DNA of 64,000 nucleotides from Vicinamibacterales bacterium (GCA_965208535.1 CBDBOU010000002.1:131701-195700); one strand, 5' to 3'; counted from the stretch's first letter, positions 16,929 to 27,227 are shown. Notes: generated by a model from the sequence alone, not told the origin. Numbers and translations are program-made.

Positions 16929-18229
16929 TCAGTGCTCGTCGCTGGCCGCGGCGCCGAGCGGCGCGCCGCTCAGGAAGTCGGTCAGCGACTGATGTCGCAC
17001 GCCCTGCAGGTCGGCGGGCTGGTGCGGATCGAGGGAGAGCAGCACCCGCGGGTAGGCGTCGCGCACGGCGTCGAAGGCCGCGAGCTCGCGCTCGATGGTG
17101 GCCGGCGATTCGAGCAGGTAGGCGACCTGCACGTAGCGGCGTTCGGACCGTCGTTCCGCCACGAAGTCGATCTTGCGCGACCCCGCTACGCCGACCGTCA
17201 CCGTGTAGCCGCGGCGCAGAGCTCCAGGAAGACCAGGTTCTCCAGGATGCCGCCGATGTCGCTCTCGCGGTAGCCGACGATCCCGTTGCGCAGGCCGATG
17301 TCGCCCAGGTAGTGCTTCTGGTTCACCTGCAACAGCTTGCGGCCCTGCATATCGAAGCGTGACACGGGCGTCAGCAGAAACGCGTCGGCCAGGTGCGCGA
17401 GGTAGTTGAGCACCGTGTCCACCGCCGTCTTTCGGCGTTGGCTCTTCTGGAAGTCGGCGATGCGCTTGGCGGACACCAGGCTGCCGATGCTGTCGACCGC
17501 GAACCGCAGGATGGCCTCGAACAGCGCCACGTCGCGGATGCGGTGCCGCCGGACCACGTCCCGAATGGCGATGGTGCTGACCATGTCCGCCAGCATCTGG
17601 TCGACAACCAGGTCGCTCAGGTCGGTGTGGAGCAGTCCCGGCAGGCCGCCGATGCGCAGGTAGAGCCGGAACAGCTCGGCGTCGTCCACCGCCGCCTCGG
17701 GACGCTGCCGGTACAGCTCCCCGAACTCGGCCAGCGTCAGCGGAAAGACCTGGAGGGTGATGTAGCGGCCGGCGATCAGCGTCGCGAGCTCGGCCGACAG
17801 CAGCGTGGCGTTGGAGCCGGAGATGACGACCTCGGTGCGGTCTTCGCCGTTCAGCGAGGCGACCGCGCGCTCCCAGTCGGCGATCTGCTGCACCTCGTCG
17901 ACCATCACCACCCGCGGCTCGCCCCGCCGCGTGGTCGACTCCACGTGGTCGATCAGATCGCGCGCCGTCCGCAGCGAGTCGAACGCGAACGATTCCTTGT
18001 CGACGTAGACCACCTGCCGCTCGTCACGCAGCGAGGCCGCGAACTGCCGAAGCAGGACGCTCTTTCCGGCCCGCCGGATGCCGGTCACCGCGGTAATCGC
18101 GGGGGCGTCCAGCTGCCGCCGGAGGCGGTCGAGGTACTCTTGGCGTAGAAGCTCTATTTCTTTCGAATACAAGCGAATAAAATCACAGATGGGAAGTATC
18201 TTTCGATCATAAACGAAACATGTGGGCAC
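16929..18229 (-). pseudogene. COG1373-type AAA ATPase (AAA_14 + DUF4143), frameshifted
   Basis: ORF 17198-18229 (GIRRAGKSVLL, VMVDEVQ) stops at ..ENLVFLELCAAATR*. The expected continuation RRGYTVTVGVAGSRKIDFVAE.. is in ORF 16929-17201, one frame away, so a 1-nt shift sits near 17216-17222. Confidence 0.75.
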
Positions 18230-18369
18230 GCGCCGGAGCTGTCACCCAGTGTGCTATCGGGGACTCGGATGGGCATGCGCTGGCCGCCGGCCCGATGGAT
18301 CCGTCCACCGCCGTGTGATGGGGATTCGGATGAGCGTCGCGTCGCCGGCGAACTTCCGGCCGCGGGGGC

Positions 18370-18603
18370 TCAGGCCTGGTTGGGGTCTTTGGCCTGGAAC
18401 CCGGCCATGAACCCGCGGATTTCGCCCCCGAGGCTCGCCATGCGCTCTCGCAAGTTCGTGACGTCCGTTCCGAGTGCGTCGATCCGTCGTCCGAGATCGG
18501 CGTGCGCCTTGTCTTGCCGGTTCTCGTAGTGCGCGAGAATCCGCCATACACCGAGCAGCACACCGATGCCGGTCAGGATGACGGACGCGATCTCCAGGTT
18601 CAT
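18370..18603 (-). CDS. small N-terminal TM plus coiled-coil miniprotein (family member 2)
   Basis: MNLEIASVILTGIGVLLGVWRILAHYENRQDKAHADLGRRIDALGTDVTNLRERMASLGGEIRGF. ATG 18603 inside ORF 18370-19014. Confidence 0.45.
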   Translation of the reverse strand: MNLEIASVILTGIGVLLGVWRILAHYENRQDKAHADLGRRIDALGTDVTNLRERMASLGGEIRGFMAGFQAKDPNQA

Positions 18604-18846
18604 CGTTCCTTCCAGCGTAATGGCTCGCGACCTGTTCGTCCACGCCCTGGGCGAGGACTGCACGACTTCGACCGCCGCGGTGGGCGAGAGCGGTCGGACG
18701 AGCACGGCGGGATTCCGCAGGAGCGTGTAGAGCTCCACGAGCACGAGCTCCGACACGGCGACATCGTCGCGCGGGTGTAGATCCTCCAGGAAGCCGCGGC
18801 CAACATCGTGAAGTAGGCGATTCCATATCAAGCCGGTCGGAATTAC
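18604..18846 (-). pseudogene. VapC/PIN-like toxin remnant
   Basis: ..GLIWNRLLHDVGRGFLEDLHPRDDVAVSELVLVELYTLLRNPAVLVRPLSPTAAVEVV resembles the N-terminal two thirds of PIN toxins. The C-terminal part is missing and there is no clear start. Confidence 0.3.
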
Positions 18847-18936
18847 ACAACTATTACACGGCGCCTGGCCGTGGCTTGGTAGGCTTGTCGCCCGTTGCCC
18901 GGGCGCCGGTGCCCGGTGGCTTTTCAAGGAGTTGCC

Positions 18937-19854
18937 ATGCCCGCAAGGGAGATCGATTTCGCCAGCGCCGACGGGATCAGTTGGAGCACCGCCATCGCGT
19001 TCACCATATTCCACGTTCTGGCGGTCGTCGCCCTATTCTTCGCCACCTGGGACGCGGTGCTGGTCGCCCTCGCGCTGCACTGGATGTGCATCGGGTGGGG
19101 CATCGGCCTCGGCTATCACCGGCTGCACACGCACCGCTCGTACAAGACGCCGAAGATCGTCGAGTACTTCTTCGCCCTCTGCGCGACGATGACGCTGCAG
19201 GGCGGGCCCATCTTCTGGACCGCGCTGCACCGCATCCACCACCAGAAGTCCGACCGCGAAGGCGACCCGCACACGCCGCGCGACGGCAAGTGGTGGTCGC
19301 ACATGCTGTGGACCATCTTCGGCGAGGCCCTGCACGGCGACACCGAGAACCTGGGGAAGTACTCGCCCGACCTGATGAAGGACCCCTTCTACCGGGTGCT
19401 GACCCGGTGGCACTGGGTGCCGCTGGTGGTTCTGGGTCTGTCGCTGCTGGCCATCGGCGGCCTGCCGTGGCTGCTGTGGGGCGTCTTCCTGCGCGTGGTC
19501 GTCGGCCTGCACTGCACCTGGATGATCAACTCGGTGACGCATATCTGGGGCCGCCGCCGCTTCCAGACCCGCGACGACTCGAAGAACTCGTTCTGGGTGG
19601 CGCTGTTCACCTTCGGCGAGGGCTGGCACAACAACCACCACGCGTATCCGACCTCCGCCCGGCACGGGATGACCTGGCGCGAGGTGGACCTGAGCTGGAT
19701 GCAGATCAAGCTGATGTCGTGGGTGGGGCTCGCCTGGGACATCAAGGTGCCCACGCCGGCGCAGATCGCCAACAAGGCGATCACGGCCGAGCAGGACATC
19801 GTCGGGGCCGTGATCGATCCGGAGGGCCCGGTGCTGCGAGCCCCCGCGCAGTGA
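18937..19854 (+). CDS. acyl-CoA (delta-9-type) fatty acid desaturase
   Basis: His boxes HRLHTHRSY, HRIHHQKSD, EGWHNNHHAYP. AAGGAG lies 6 nt upstream of ATG 18937. Confidence 0.9.
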   Translation: MPAREIDFASADGISWSTAIAFTIFHVLAVVALFFATWDAVLVALALHWMCIGWGIGLGYHRLHTHRSYKTPKIVEYFFALCATMTLQGGPIFWTALHRIHHQKSDREGDPHTPRDGKWWSHMLWTIFGEALHGDTENLGKYSPDLMKDPFYRVLTRWHWVPLVVLGLSLLAIGGLPWLLWGVFLRVVVGLHCTWMINSVTHIWGRRRFQTRDDSKNSFWVALFTFGEGWHNNHHAYPTSARHGMTWREVDLSWMQIKLMSWVGLAWDIKVPTPAQIANKAITAEQDIVGAVIDPEGPVLRAPAQ

Positions 19855-20068
19855 GCGCGGCCGGCCGTCGGCACAGCCGGTTGTTAGGGGGCGTGCCCGC
19901 GCCCGTGCGCGGTGCGCCCGGGAAGCTGCGGGCCGCGCCGGGGCCGCGCCGTTGACGTCACGGGCCGTTTCGCCGGCGGGCCGCTCCACGCGCGCCAGTC
20001 AGGCCCGAGACTGAGGCCCGCGCTCCGCGCGTGCAACGGATACGGGCCGGCGTTATCCTAGTGCGGCC

Positions 20069-20980
20069 ATGCAACGCTTCGGCGGCGGCCACCGCAAGCG
20101 GTCCATCGTCCTGGCGGCGCTGTTCGGCAGCGGCCTGATCGCCGTCGCCGTCTTCCTCAACGTCAGCTTCATCGTCGTCAACTGGCGGGCCGGGCTGCTG
20201 GTGCTGCTGGGCGTGATCACCTCCGTCGTCCTGGTGGGCGGGCTGGTGCTGAACACGCTGTTCCTCATCCGCGAGATCCGCCGCAGCGAGCAGCACGACG
20301 CCTTTATCCACGCGGTGACGCACGAGCTGAAGACGCCGCTGGCGAGCATCAAGCTGTACCTGCAGACGCTGCGCCAGCGCGAGCTGCCGGCCGGCACGCA
20401 GCGCGAGGTCATCGACACGATGCTCGACGACTCCAACCGGCTGCAGCGCACCATCGACCAGATTCTGCTGGCCGGCAAGACCGGCGACGCCCGCCGGGTC
20501 GACCATCCGGCCGACGTCGACGTGTCGGAAATCGTCGGCGAGTGCGTGTCGCTGGCCGGGAAGCGGCATCACCTGGTGAACGGCGAGGTGGCCTACGTCC
20601 ACCGTCCGCCCGACGGGGCGTTCGTGGTGCAGGGCGACCGCGACGAGCTGCTGGCCGCGGTCACCAACCTGGTCGACAACGCCATCAAGTACTCCGGGTC
20701 GCAGGTGCGGGTGGCGGTGGAGGTGGCCCGGGTCGGCGCGCGGCGGGTGGCCATCAGCGTCCGCGACCAGGGCATGGGCATCACCGGCGACGAGCTGAAG
20801 CGCGTGTTCCGGCGCTTCTACCGGCTGCCGGCCGCGCTGCGGGCGCGGGTGCGGGGGACCGGGCTCGGGCTGTCGATCGTGCGGGCGGTGGCGCGGCGGC
20901 ACGGCGGGCGCGCGTTCGCCGAGAGCCGGGGCGCCGGCCGCGGGAGCACCTTCACCCTGGAGCTGCCGCTGAAGGCGTGA
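20069..20980 (+). CDS. sensor histidine kinase (2 TM, HisKA + HATPase_c)
   Basis: H-box FIHAVTHELKTPLASI, N-box NLVDNAIKYS, G-boxes DQGMGI and GTGLGLSIV. Confidence 0.85.
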   Translation: MQRFGGGHRKRSIVLAALFGSGLIAVAVFLNVSFIVVNWRAGLLVLLGVITSVVLVGGLVLNTLFLIREIRRSEQHDAFIHAVTHELKTPLASIKLYLQTLRQRELPAGTQREVIDTMLDDSNRLQRTIDQILLAGKTGDARRVDHPADVDVSEIVGECVSLAGKRHHLVNGEVAYVHRPPDGAFVVQGDRDELLAAVTNLVDNAIKYSGSQVRVAVEVARVGARRVAISVRDQGMGITGDELKRVFRRFYRLPAALRARVRGTGLGLSIVRAVARRHGGRAFAESRGAGRGSTFTLELPLKA

Positions 20981-21738
20981 TGACTGCCGCCGACGGTGTC
21001 ACGAGCCGCGTCCTCATCGTCGAAGACGAGGAGCACCTCGCGCGCGGCCTGAAGCTGAACCTCGAGGCGGAGGGCTTCACTGCCGAGGTGGAGGAGAACG
21101 GCGCGGCCGCGCTGCAGCGGCTGGTCGGTGCCGGGGCCGGCGCCGGCGACTTCGACGTCGTCCTGCTCGACGTCATGCTGCCCGGCCTCGACGGCTTCGA
21201 GGTGGTGCGTCGCCTGCGCGCGGCGCGGCAGTTCGTGCCGGTGATGCTGCTGACCGCCCGCTCGGACACCGACGACGTGCTCCGCGGCTTCGAGGCGGGC
21301 GCCGACGACTACCTCCCCAAGCCGTTCGACCTCTCCATCCTGCTGGCCCGGATCGCCGGCCTGCTCCGCCGCCGCACTTGGCTGCGGGGCGCCGCCGGGC
21401 CGGAGGAGGAACGCGAGCTGGACCAGTACCGCTTCGCCGGCACCTCCATCGACTTCCGCAACCAGGTGCTGCGCCGCGGCAAGCTGGAGCAGCCGCTGAC
21501 GGTGATGGAGGCGACGCTGCTGCGCTACCTGGTGCGGCACGCGGGCGAGACCGTCTCGCGCAAGGCGCTGCTGGAGGAGGTCTGGGGCGTGCGGCACGAC
21601 ACCGACACCCGCACCGTCGACAACTTCATGGCCCGGCTGCGGCGTTACATCGAGGAGAAGCCGGCCCGTCCGCAGCACCTGTTGACGGTGCGCGGCGTCG
21701 GCTACCGCTTCGTCGAGCAGCCGGACGGCGACGGGTAG
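20980..21738 (+). CDS. OmpR-family response regulator
   Basis: RVLIVEDEEHL.., LLDVMLPGLDG, DDYLPKPF, and a winged-helix C-terminus LLTVRGVGYRF. The ATG overlaps the kinase stop. Confidence 0.9.
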   Translation: MTAADGVTSRVLIVEDEEHLARGLKLNLEAEGFTAEVEENGAAALQRLVGAGAGAGDFDVVLLDVMLPGLDGFEVVRRLRAARQFVPVMLLTARSDTDDVLRGFEAGADDYLPKPFDLSILLARIAGLLRRRTWLRGAAGPEEERELDQYRFAGTSIDFRNQVLRRGKLEQPLTVMEATLLRYLVRHAGETVSRKALLEEVWGVRHDTDTRTVDNFMARLRRYIEEKPARPQHLLTVRGVGYRFVEQPDGDG

Positions 21739-21971
21739 CCAGCCGAGCGGCGACCTTCACCCATCGCTTACCTGAAGTGGTAGAGTTCCATCCGGTGAGC
21801 TTGCCGGATATCGGATCGGACGCCCTTCAGGGGAGCACGGTGCAGGTGACGATTCGTTACAGGGACGGCCGTGTCGAAGCAGTCGAGGACGTTGACGCGA
21901 TCCAGGATGGCCGCGCGGGCTTGACGTTCATCCACGGATCCGGGGTCTTTCACGTGCGTAGCCAGGATGTC

Positions 21972-24064
21972 CTAGCCCAAGTTTAACAAGGGTATTTCTA
22001 AGCTATTTGGAATCAGCGGTTTACGCCGGCAAGAATGCTCAAGTGGCACTACAAACGCGCACAAACCGGGAATGGGTCGGTCAGATGGTCGTCTTGCGGA
22101 CTCCTCCCGGCTGCGGGTCGATGCCGAGCGCGTCGTAGATGGCCCGCTGTTCGGGTTCGGCTTGCGTGGCGGTGCGCACGTGCAGCGTGCGTCGGTCGGG
22201 GCGCCGGAAGGTGGCGGTGACGCGCTGCTGGCCTTCGAGGATGCGGCGTAGGGTGGTCCAACTGGCGTGTTCGCCGTGGGCGCGCAGCCGGGTGCGGATG
22301 ACCTGCACGAGCTGGTAGGCGATGACGGTGATGAACAGGTGGCCGTCGGCGCGCCGCGGCTTGTGGTGGTAGATGGGACGCAGTCCGAGCTCGGACTTCA
22401 GCGCGCGGAAGACGGCCTCTACGTCGGTGAGCGTGGTATAGGTGCGCCACAGGGCGTCTTCGTCCCAGTCGGTCTCGCTGCTGCGCAGACAGTAGACGCC
22501 CGGATGCGTGGCCATCGAGCCGTCCTGGGGCCGTCGGGTCCAGGTGACGGTGGCGGCCTTCTCACCGGTCTGGTCGGGGGTGACCTCGATCTGGTAGTGC
22601 GGGGCGACGCGGGAATGCTTTGCCTTCAGTCGCCCGATGCGCTGCCAGACCTGGCCGAGGCGCTTGTGCGCGCGGGGGCGCGCCAGCCCGTCGTTGAGAT
22701 TGGTCAGGGCCGTCTCGAAGCGGGCGGCGAAACGTTCGACGATGCCGCGTTCCTTCTCGGCCCGCTCCTCGGAGTAGCAGTACAGGCGCACCTCGTCGGG
22801 GTCGGTCGAGACCACCTTGTGCAGATGCACGGTCTGTTTGGATTGGGTCTGGATCGCGACGGCGGCCTCGGCGTCGAATTGCCGGTGGCGTTCACGACTG
22901 ACGACCAGATAGCGGTAGCCGTTGTCGCGCAGCCACCCGATGGCGGCCTCGGTGGCGACGCCGCGGTCCATGACGACCAGAGCGCCGGCCGGCGCACGAA
23001 GCGCCTCGAGCATGCCGGCCAGCGTGCGGTGCTCGCGGACGTTGCCGGCAAAGACCTGCGAGCGGCGCACGAAGCCGCTGGCGTCGAGCATCAGTCCCAG
23101 GGTCAGCAACGGACAATCGCTGCGCTTCTCCTTCGAGTGCCCGCGCTTGGCCTGCGGCTGTGCGCTCGCCTCGCCTTCGAAGTAGGTGTTGGTCAGGTCG
23201 TAGAGGGTGACCGTCGGCTGCAGGTCGAACAGGCCCATGGCCCGTTCGAACAGGTGTGCCTCGATCGCGTCGCGATGCTTCACCAGCGCGTCCGAGGCGC
23301 GGTAGAGCTGCATCGCGCTGACGGTCTCGAAGTCGACGCCGAGCAACTCGCCGAGACCGCTGCGGGTTTGCAGCCAGCGGTGCGTCGCGCGCTCCGAGGC
23401 CGGCTGGGCCAGGCGCCCGACGACGGCGCCGACCGCCGCGGTGCGCAGCGCGCCGTTGACACCCAACTCAGTCAGCAGGGCCGGTAGGCCCAACTGCTCC
23501 AGGGCCCACAGGCCGACCTGCTCGACGCCGACGCAGCGGGGGCGGACCAGGCGCAGCGAGTCGACGTCGACCGGCTGGATGTCTGTCGGTCCGGCGGCCG
23601 GTCCCTGCACGGGTGTGCCGCGGGCGATCAACTGTGCGGCTATCCGTTGCGCTTCGTGTTCGACGGCGGTCGGGCAGTCGGGGACCAGGGGCGTCTGGCC
23701 GGCCAGGATGTCGTCGATGCGGGAGCAGAGCAGCGGCCATTGCGCTTGGGGAATGTCGAAGTGGCGTCCGAGATTGAGCAAGGTGCGCTGGCGGACGGCG
23801 TTGCCGATGCGCTCGGAGTGGACGAGGCGATGCGAGAAGTAGGGCTGTCCGTCTTCGGTCCGCCGGGTTTGGGTACGCCGAACGAACATGCGCCCACGAT
23901 AACGGGTGCACGTCCACCGAAGCAACACATCCCTGAAAATTATGGCACTACATTCAGCTCTGCCAACCTCCGCTTCTTTAGAATCAACAAGTTACGAGCC
24001 TGCGACCTCTGAAATATCGCCCAGATCTACAGAATTGTCGGCAATCCTGTTAAACATGGGCTAG
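21972..24064 (-). mobile_element. IS1634-family insertion sequence, complete copy
   Basis: Imperfect terminal inverted repeats ctagcccaagtttaacaagg (21972-21991) and the reverse complement of 24045-24064, ctagcccatgtttaacagga. Single 615-aa transposase. Confidence 0.85.
22081..23928 (-). CDS. IS1634-family DDE transposase
   Basis: 615-aa ORF with MFVRRTQTRRTEDGQPYFSHRLVHSERIG... N-terminus and a DDE region (VTLYDLTNTYFEG, VVMDRGVATE) typical of IS1634/IS4 transposases. Confidence 0.9.
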   Translation of the reverse strand: MLLRWTCTRYRGRMFVRRTQTRRTEDGQPYFSHRLVHSERIGNAVRQRTLLNLGRHFDIPQAQWPLLCSRIDDILAGQTPLVPDCPTAVEHEAQRIAAQLIARGTPVQGPAAGPTDIQPVDVDSLRLVRPRCVGVEQVGLWALEQLGLPALLTELGVNGALRTAAVGAVVGRLAQPASERATHRWLQTRSGLGELLGVDFETVSAMQLYRASDALVKHRDAIEAHLFERAMGLFDLQPTVTLYDLTNTYFEGEASAQPQAKRGHSKEKRSDCPLLTLGLMLDASGFVRRSQVFAGNVREHRTLAGMLEALRAPAGALVVMDRGVATEAAIGWLRDNGYRYLVVSRERHRQFDAEAAVAIQTQSKQTVHLHKVVSTDPDEVRLYCYSEERAEKERGIVERFAARFETALTNLNDGLARPRAHKRLGQVWQRIGRLKAKHSRVAPHYQIEVTPDQTGEKAATVTWTRRPQDGSMATHPGVYCLRSSETDWDEDALWRTYTTLTDVEAVFRALKSELGLRPIYHHKPRRADGHLFITVIAYQLVQVIRTRLRAHGEHASWTTLRRILEGQQRVTATFRRPDRRTLHVRTATQAEPEQRAIYDALGIDPQPGGVRKTTI

Positions 24065-25273
24065 TGGTCCGTCACATCAAAACCTGTGGGTAGACGGACT
24101 TGAGTTTGCACCGCGCATCGTCGACCTTCATGTGCCAGTCGACACCGCGTTGGGTGTTGTTGACGTCGGCGGACCACGCAGACACTTCGCCGTGCAGCGT
24201 CGCCAAGTCCCCGATGCGACGCCCCTGCAGGCATTGGCGCGTCATGGCGCTGAGCTCGTTCTCCGCGATGTTCAGCCAGCTGCCGTGTTTCGGCGTGTAG
24301 CAGAACTCGATGCGACGAACCAGTTGCCGGGCCCGGGCCGGCTCGAACACTTCGTAGAAGGCGCCTTTCGTGTGCGTGTTGAGGTTGTCACACACCAGGG
24401 TGACCTTCTCGCACTCGGCGTAGCGGCCTTCCAACAGGCCGGCGACCTCCACCGCCCAGTCCGCCTTCGTACGCCGGGCCCGGGCCGTCGCCTGCCGCCA
24501 GCCCGCCAGCGGCTCGGCGAACAGGAACACCGAGGCCGTGCCCGCCCGTTCGTATTCGTAGTCGACGCGGCGCGGCCGCTGCTTCGTGGCGGCCAACGGC
24601 GGGCGCGTTTCCTTGACCAGTTGCACCGGCTGCTCATCCATGCACACGACAGGCCAAGCAGGGTCGTACGGTTGCGCATACACGTCGAGGACCTGTTCCA
24701 TGTGCGCCGCGAACTCCGCGTCGGCCGCCGGCGGGATCACCCAGTACTCGACTTTCCGCTGCGTCATCCCGTTTTTTTCAGCGTCCGCCGAACCGTTTCG
24801 TGGCTGATCGACTCGACGACCGCCAACTCGACGACCCGGCGCGCCAGCAGCCGCAACGACCAGTTCGCGTAGCCCTCCGGGGGCGGCCCCGTACGCAGAG
24901 CAATGACCTGCGCCTCCTGTTCGCCGTCCAGCAGTTTGGGAACCGGGGGCGACGCCCGCTGTTTGCGCTCCAGCGCCCGCTCGAACCCTTCCAACACGCA
25001 TCGTTGGCGAACGTTCTCGACCGTGTTGGTGCGGCAGCAAAAGGCGTCGGCGATCTGCTGGTCGGTCCACCCGGGTCCGTCCGCATCGGCCTTCAACAGA
25101 ATCTGTGCTCGGCGGACCCTCTCGCTGCTGCCGTTGAGCTTCCGGAGCGTCTCTCGACAGACCTCGCGTTCCTCGGGGGTGAGTCGAACGATGTACTTCT
25201 TCTGGGGCATGAAAGCTGTCTCGGCTCGAGACCGGCTTCCGGATAGTCCCAATGTTAAATCGTGGCACGGCAC
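24064..25273 (-). mobile_element. IS630-family insertion sequence flanked by TA duplication
   Basis: IRs gtggtccgtcacatc.. (24064-) and the reverse complement of ..25273, gtgccgtgccacgat... TA at 24062-24063 and at 25274-25275. Confidence 0.85.
24072..25210 (-). CDS. IS630-family transposase (orfA HTH + orfB DDE joined by -1 frameshift at A7)
   Basis: orfA is MPQKKYIVRLTPEERE..RTLKKTG* (24764-25210). orfB continues as KKNGMTQRKVEYWVIPP..DNLNTHTKG..GSWLNIAENE. The slippery run A7 is T7 on the plus strand at 24772-24778. Confidence 0.85.
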
Positions 25274-25411
25274 TAGGTCTCGAGGTTGGGATGCAGCGGA
25301 TCAGGAGCAAGCCGCCGGAGCTGGTGGAGGTGCAACCGTACCTCCGTCCGGTGTCGAGATACTGAGACCAGTCCGCGCCGTACGAGAGAGCCGATATCCC
25401 GCGGCGGGTCT

Positions 25412-27175
25412 TCACTGCCGCGTGAGCCGAAACGCCGCCATCTCCTCGGTGTTGCGCACGAGCAGGATGTCGTCGACCAGCACCGGGTGGTTCCACGTCT
25501 TGCCCTCGATCGCCGGTACCCGCGCCCGTTCGTTGAACCCCGCCGGCGTCGCGTCGACCAGCGCCAGGTCTCCCCGCTCGCCCAGGACGAGCAGCAGGTC
25601 CTGGTCGGCCAGCAGCAGGAGCTGCCCGTGGCCGTAGCGGCCGCCCTTCCAGGCACGCTCGCCCGTCTCCAGGTCGACGCTGGCCAGGATGCTGCCGTCG
25701 AAGCCGTAGGCGTGGCCCGCATGCGCCACGAAGTCGTTGAAGTACGGTTTCAGACTTCTCGTCGCCCAGCGCACCTCGGTCGCCCAGCCGGCGTGCTTGC
25801 CGGCCGTCCGCGTCGCTGACACGCGCTGCAGCCCCGCGAAGCCGTCCGCGCCGACGAGGATGTCGCCGGCGGCGGTCAGCGCCGGCTGCACGATGCGGCT
25901 GCCGGTGGGCCAGTCGTGGGTCCACAGCACCGTGCCGTCGGCCGGCGCGACGCTGGTGACGCCGTCGGAGGTGAGCAGCAGTACCTGCGGTACCCCGTCG
26001 AGGGTCACCGGATGCGGAGAGCTGTAGCTGTCGCCCGTGCCCGGCGCGGACCACCGCGGGGCGCCGGTCTCGGCATCGTAGGCGGCCAGGGTGCCGATGG
26101 CGGCGACGATCACGACATCGTCGACTACCAGCGGCGAGCCTGCGAAGCCCCACCCCGACGAGAACACGTCGTGTTCGGCGGCCATGTCGCGCCCCCACAA
26201 CCGCCGGCCGGTCCGTGCGTCCAGCGCCGTCAGCAGCCCGGTGCCGCCCAACGCATACAGTCGATCGCCCGCCACCGTCGGGGTGCCGCGGGGGCCGGCG
26301 CCGGCGTGCGAGTCCCAGAACCGCACCGGGTCGGCGTGCCGCCAGACCGGCTCGCCGGTCGCCAGCAGATAGCTCGATACCACTTCCTGATCGCCCCGCT
26401 GCTCCTGGGTGAAGACCTGCCGCCCCCGGACCGAGAACGAGCCCACCCCCGGGCCGACGGGCCGGCGCCACACCACTTCCGGCGGCGAGGTGTCCCAATC
26501 GGTCGCGATGCGGATGCCCCGTACGACGCCGTCGCGGTTGCGGCCGCGGAACCCCGGCCAGTCCGCGTCGCTTGCGTCGTTCGCGGCACTCGGCGCCCTC
26601 GGCGGTGGCGCAAGACGGTCACCGGCGGTCGTCGCCAGCAACCGTGCTTCGGCGGTCTCCGTCCAGCGCCAGGTCAGGTCCTGACGGCCGTCGCCGGTCA
26701 TCCCGTCGGTGCGTAGCAAGGTCCAGAAGCCGGAGGCCAGCACGATCGCTACCACCAGCGTGACCCGCCGCGGACCGTCCGCCATCCGGCGGGTGGCCAC
26801 CGCCCACGCCACGAAGACCAGGCTCAGCACGGGGGCGGTGTAGACCGGGAACATCAGCCCCATCATCGAGCTGGCGATCGAGACGTCGAGCAGCGGCACG
26901 GTGGCGAGCGAAACGGCCAGCATCAGCAGCGGCGCGCCCCAGCGCTCAATCGGCGCCGCCCCGCTGAAGAACGCCCACCACACCAGGACCCCCAGCCCGC
27001 CCAGCAGCGCGCCGACCATGGCGATCGGCGCCGCCTCCGGGGCCAGCCGCGGCAGTCCGATCCAGGTTGACCACAACAGCGTCACGATGACGATGCCGGG
27101 CCGGAGTCTGAGCGCGCGCCGGGGCTGCCGCGGACGCGGCGTTTCACCACGAGCTTCCGGGGCTGTTCTGATCAC
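25412..27175 (-). CDS. membrane-anchored PQQ-like beta-propeller repeat protein
   Basis: N-terminal multi-TM region, then repeated ..G..LWR/..TG..RW.. propeller blades (WPGFRGRNRDGVV, ALDARTGRRLWG, AYDAETGAPRWS). Confidence 0.8.
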   Translation of the reverse strand: MIRTAPEARGETPRPRQPRRALRLRPGIVIVTLLWSTWIGLPRLAPEAAPIAMVGALLGGLGVLVWWAFFSGAAPIERWGAPLLMLAVSLATVPLLDVSIASSMMGLMFPVYTAPVLSLVFVAWAVATRRMADGPRRVTLVVAIVLASGFWTLLRTDGMTGDGRQDLTWRWTETAEARLLATTAGDRLAPPPRAPSAANDASDADWPGFRGRNRDGVVRGIRIATDWDTSPPEVVWRRPVGPGVGSFSVRGRQVFTQEQRGDQEVVSSYLLATGEPVWRHADPVRFWDSHAGAGPRGTPTVAGDRLYALGGTGLLTALDARTGRRLWGRDMAAEHDVFSSGWGFAGSPLVVDDVVIVAAIGTLAAYDAETGAPRWSAPGTGDSYSSPHPVTLDGVPQVLLLTSDGVTSVAPADGTVLWTHDWPTGSRIVQPALTAAGDILVGADGFAGLQRVSATRTAGKHAGWATEVRWATRSLKPYFNDFVAHAGHAYGFDGSILASVDLETGERAWKGGRYGHGQLLLLADQDLLLVLGERGDLALVDATPAGFNERARVPAIEGKTWNHPVLVDDILLVRNTEEMAAFRLTRQ

Positions 27176-27227
27176 ACCGGTCTATGACGCCATCGGGCTG
27201 CGTATGGTTCCGGGCCGCGCGATCTCG

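Noticed and set aside
19855-20068. Possible small RNA or terminator in the GC-rich gap between the desaturase and kinase genes.
   Set aside because: Only generic GC-rich imperfect palindromes are present. There is no stem plus T-run and no repeat elsewhere in the window.
24072-26498. 808-aa ORF spanning the IS630 transposase and the region opposite the PQQ propeller gene.
   Set aside because: Only the C-terminal ~235 aa (24072-24785) look like protein (IS630 DDE domain). The rest is read-through across the IS end and antisense to 25412-27175.
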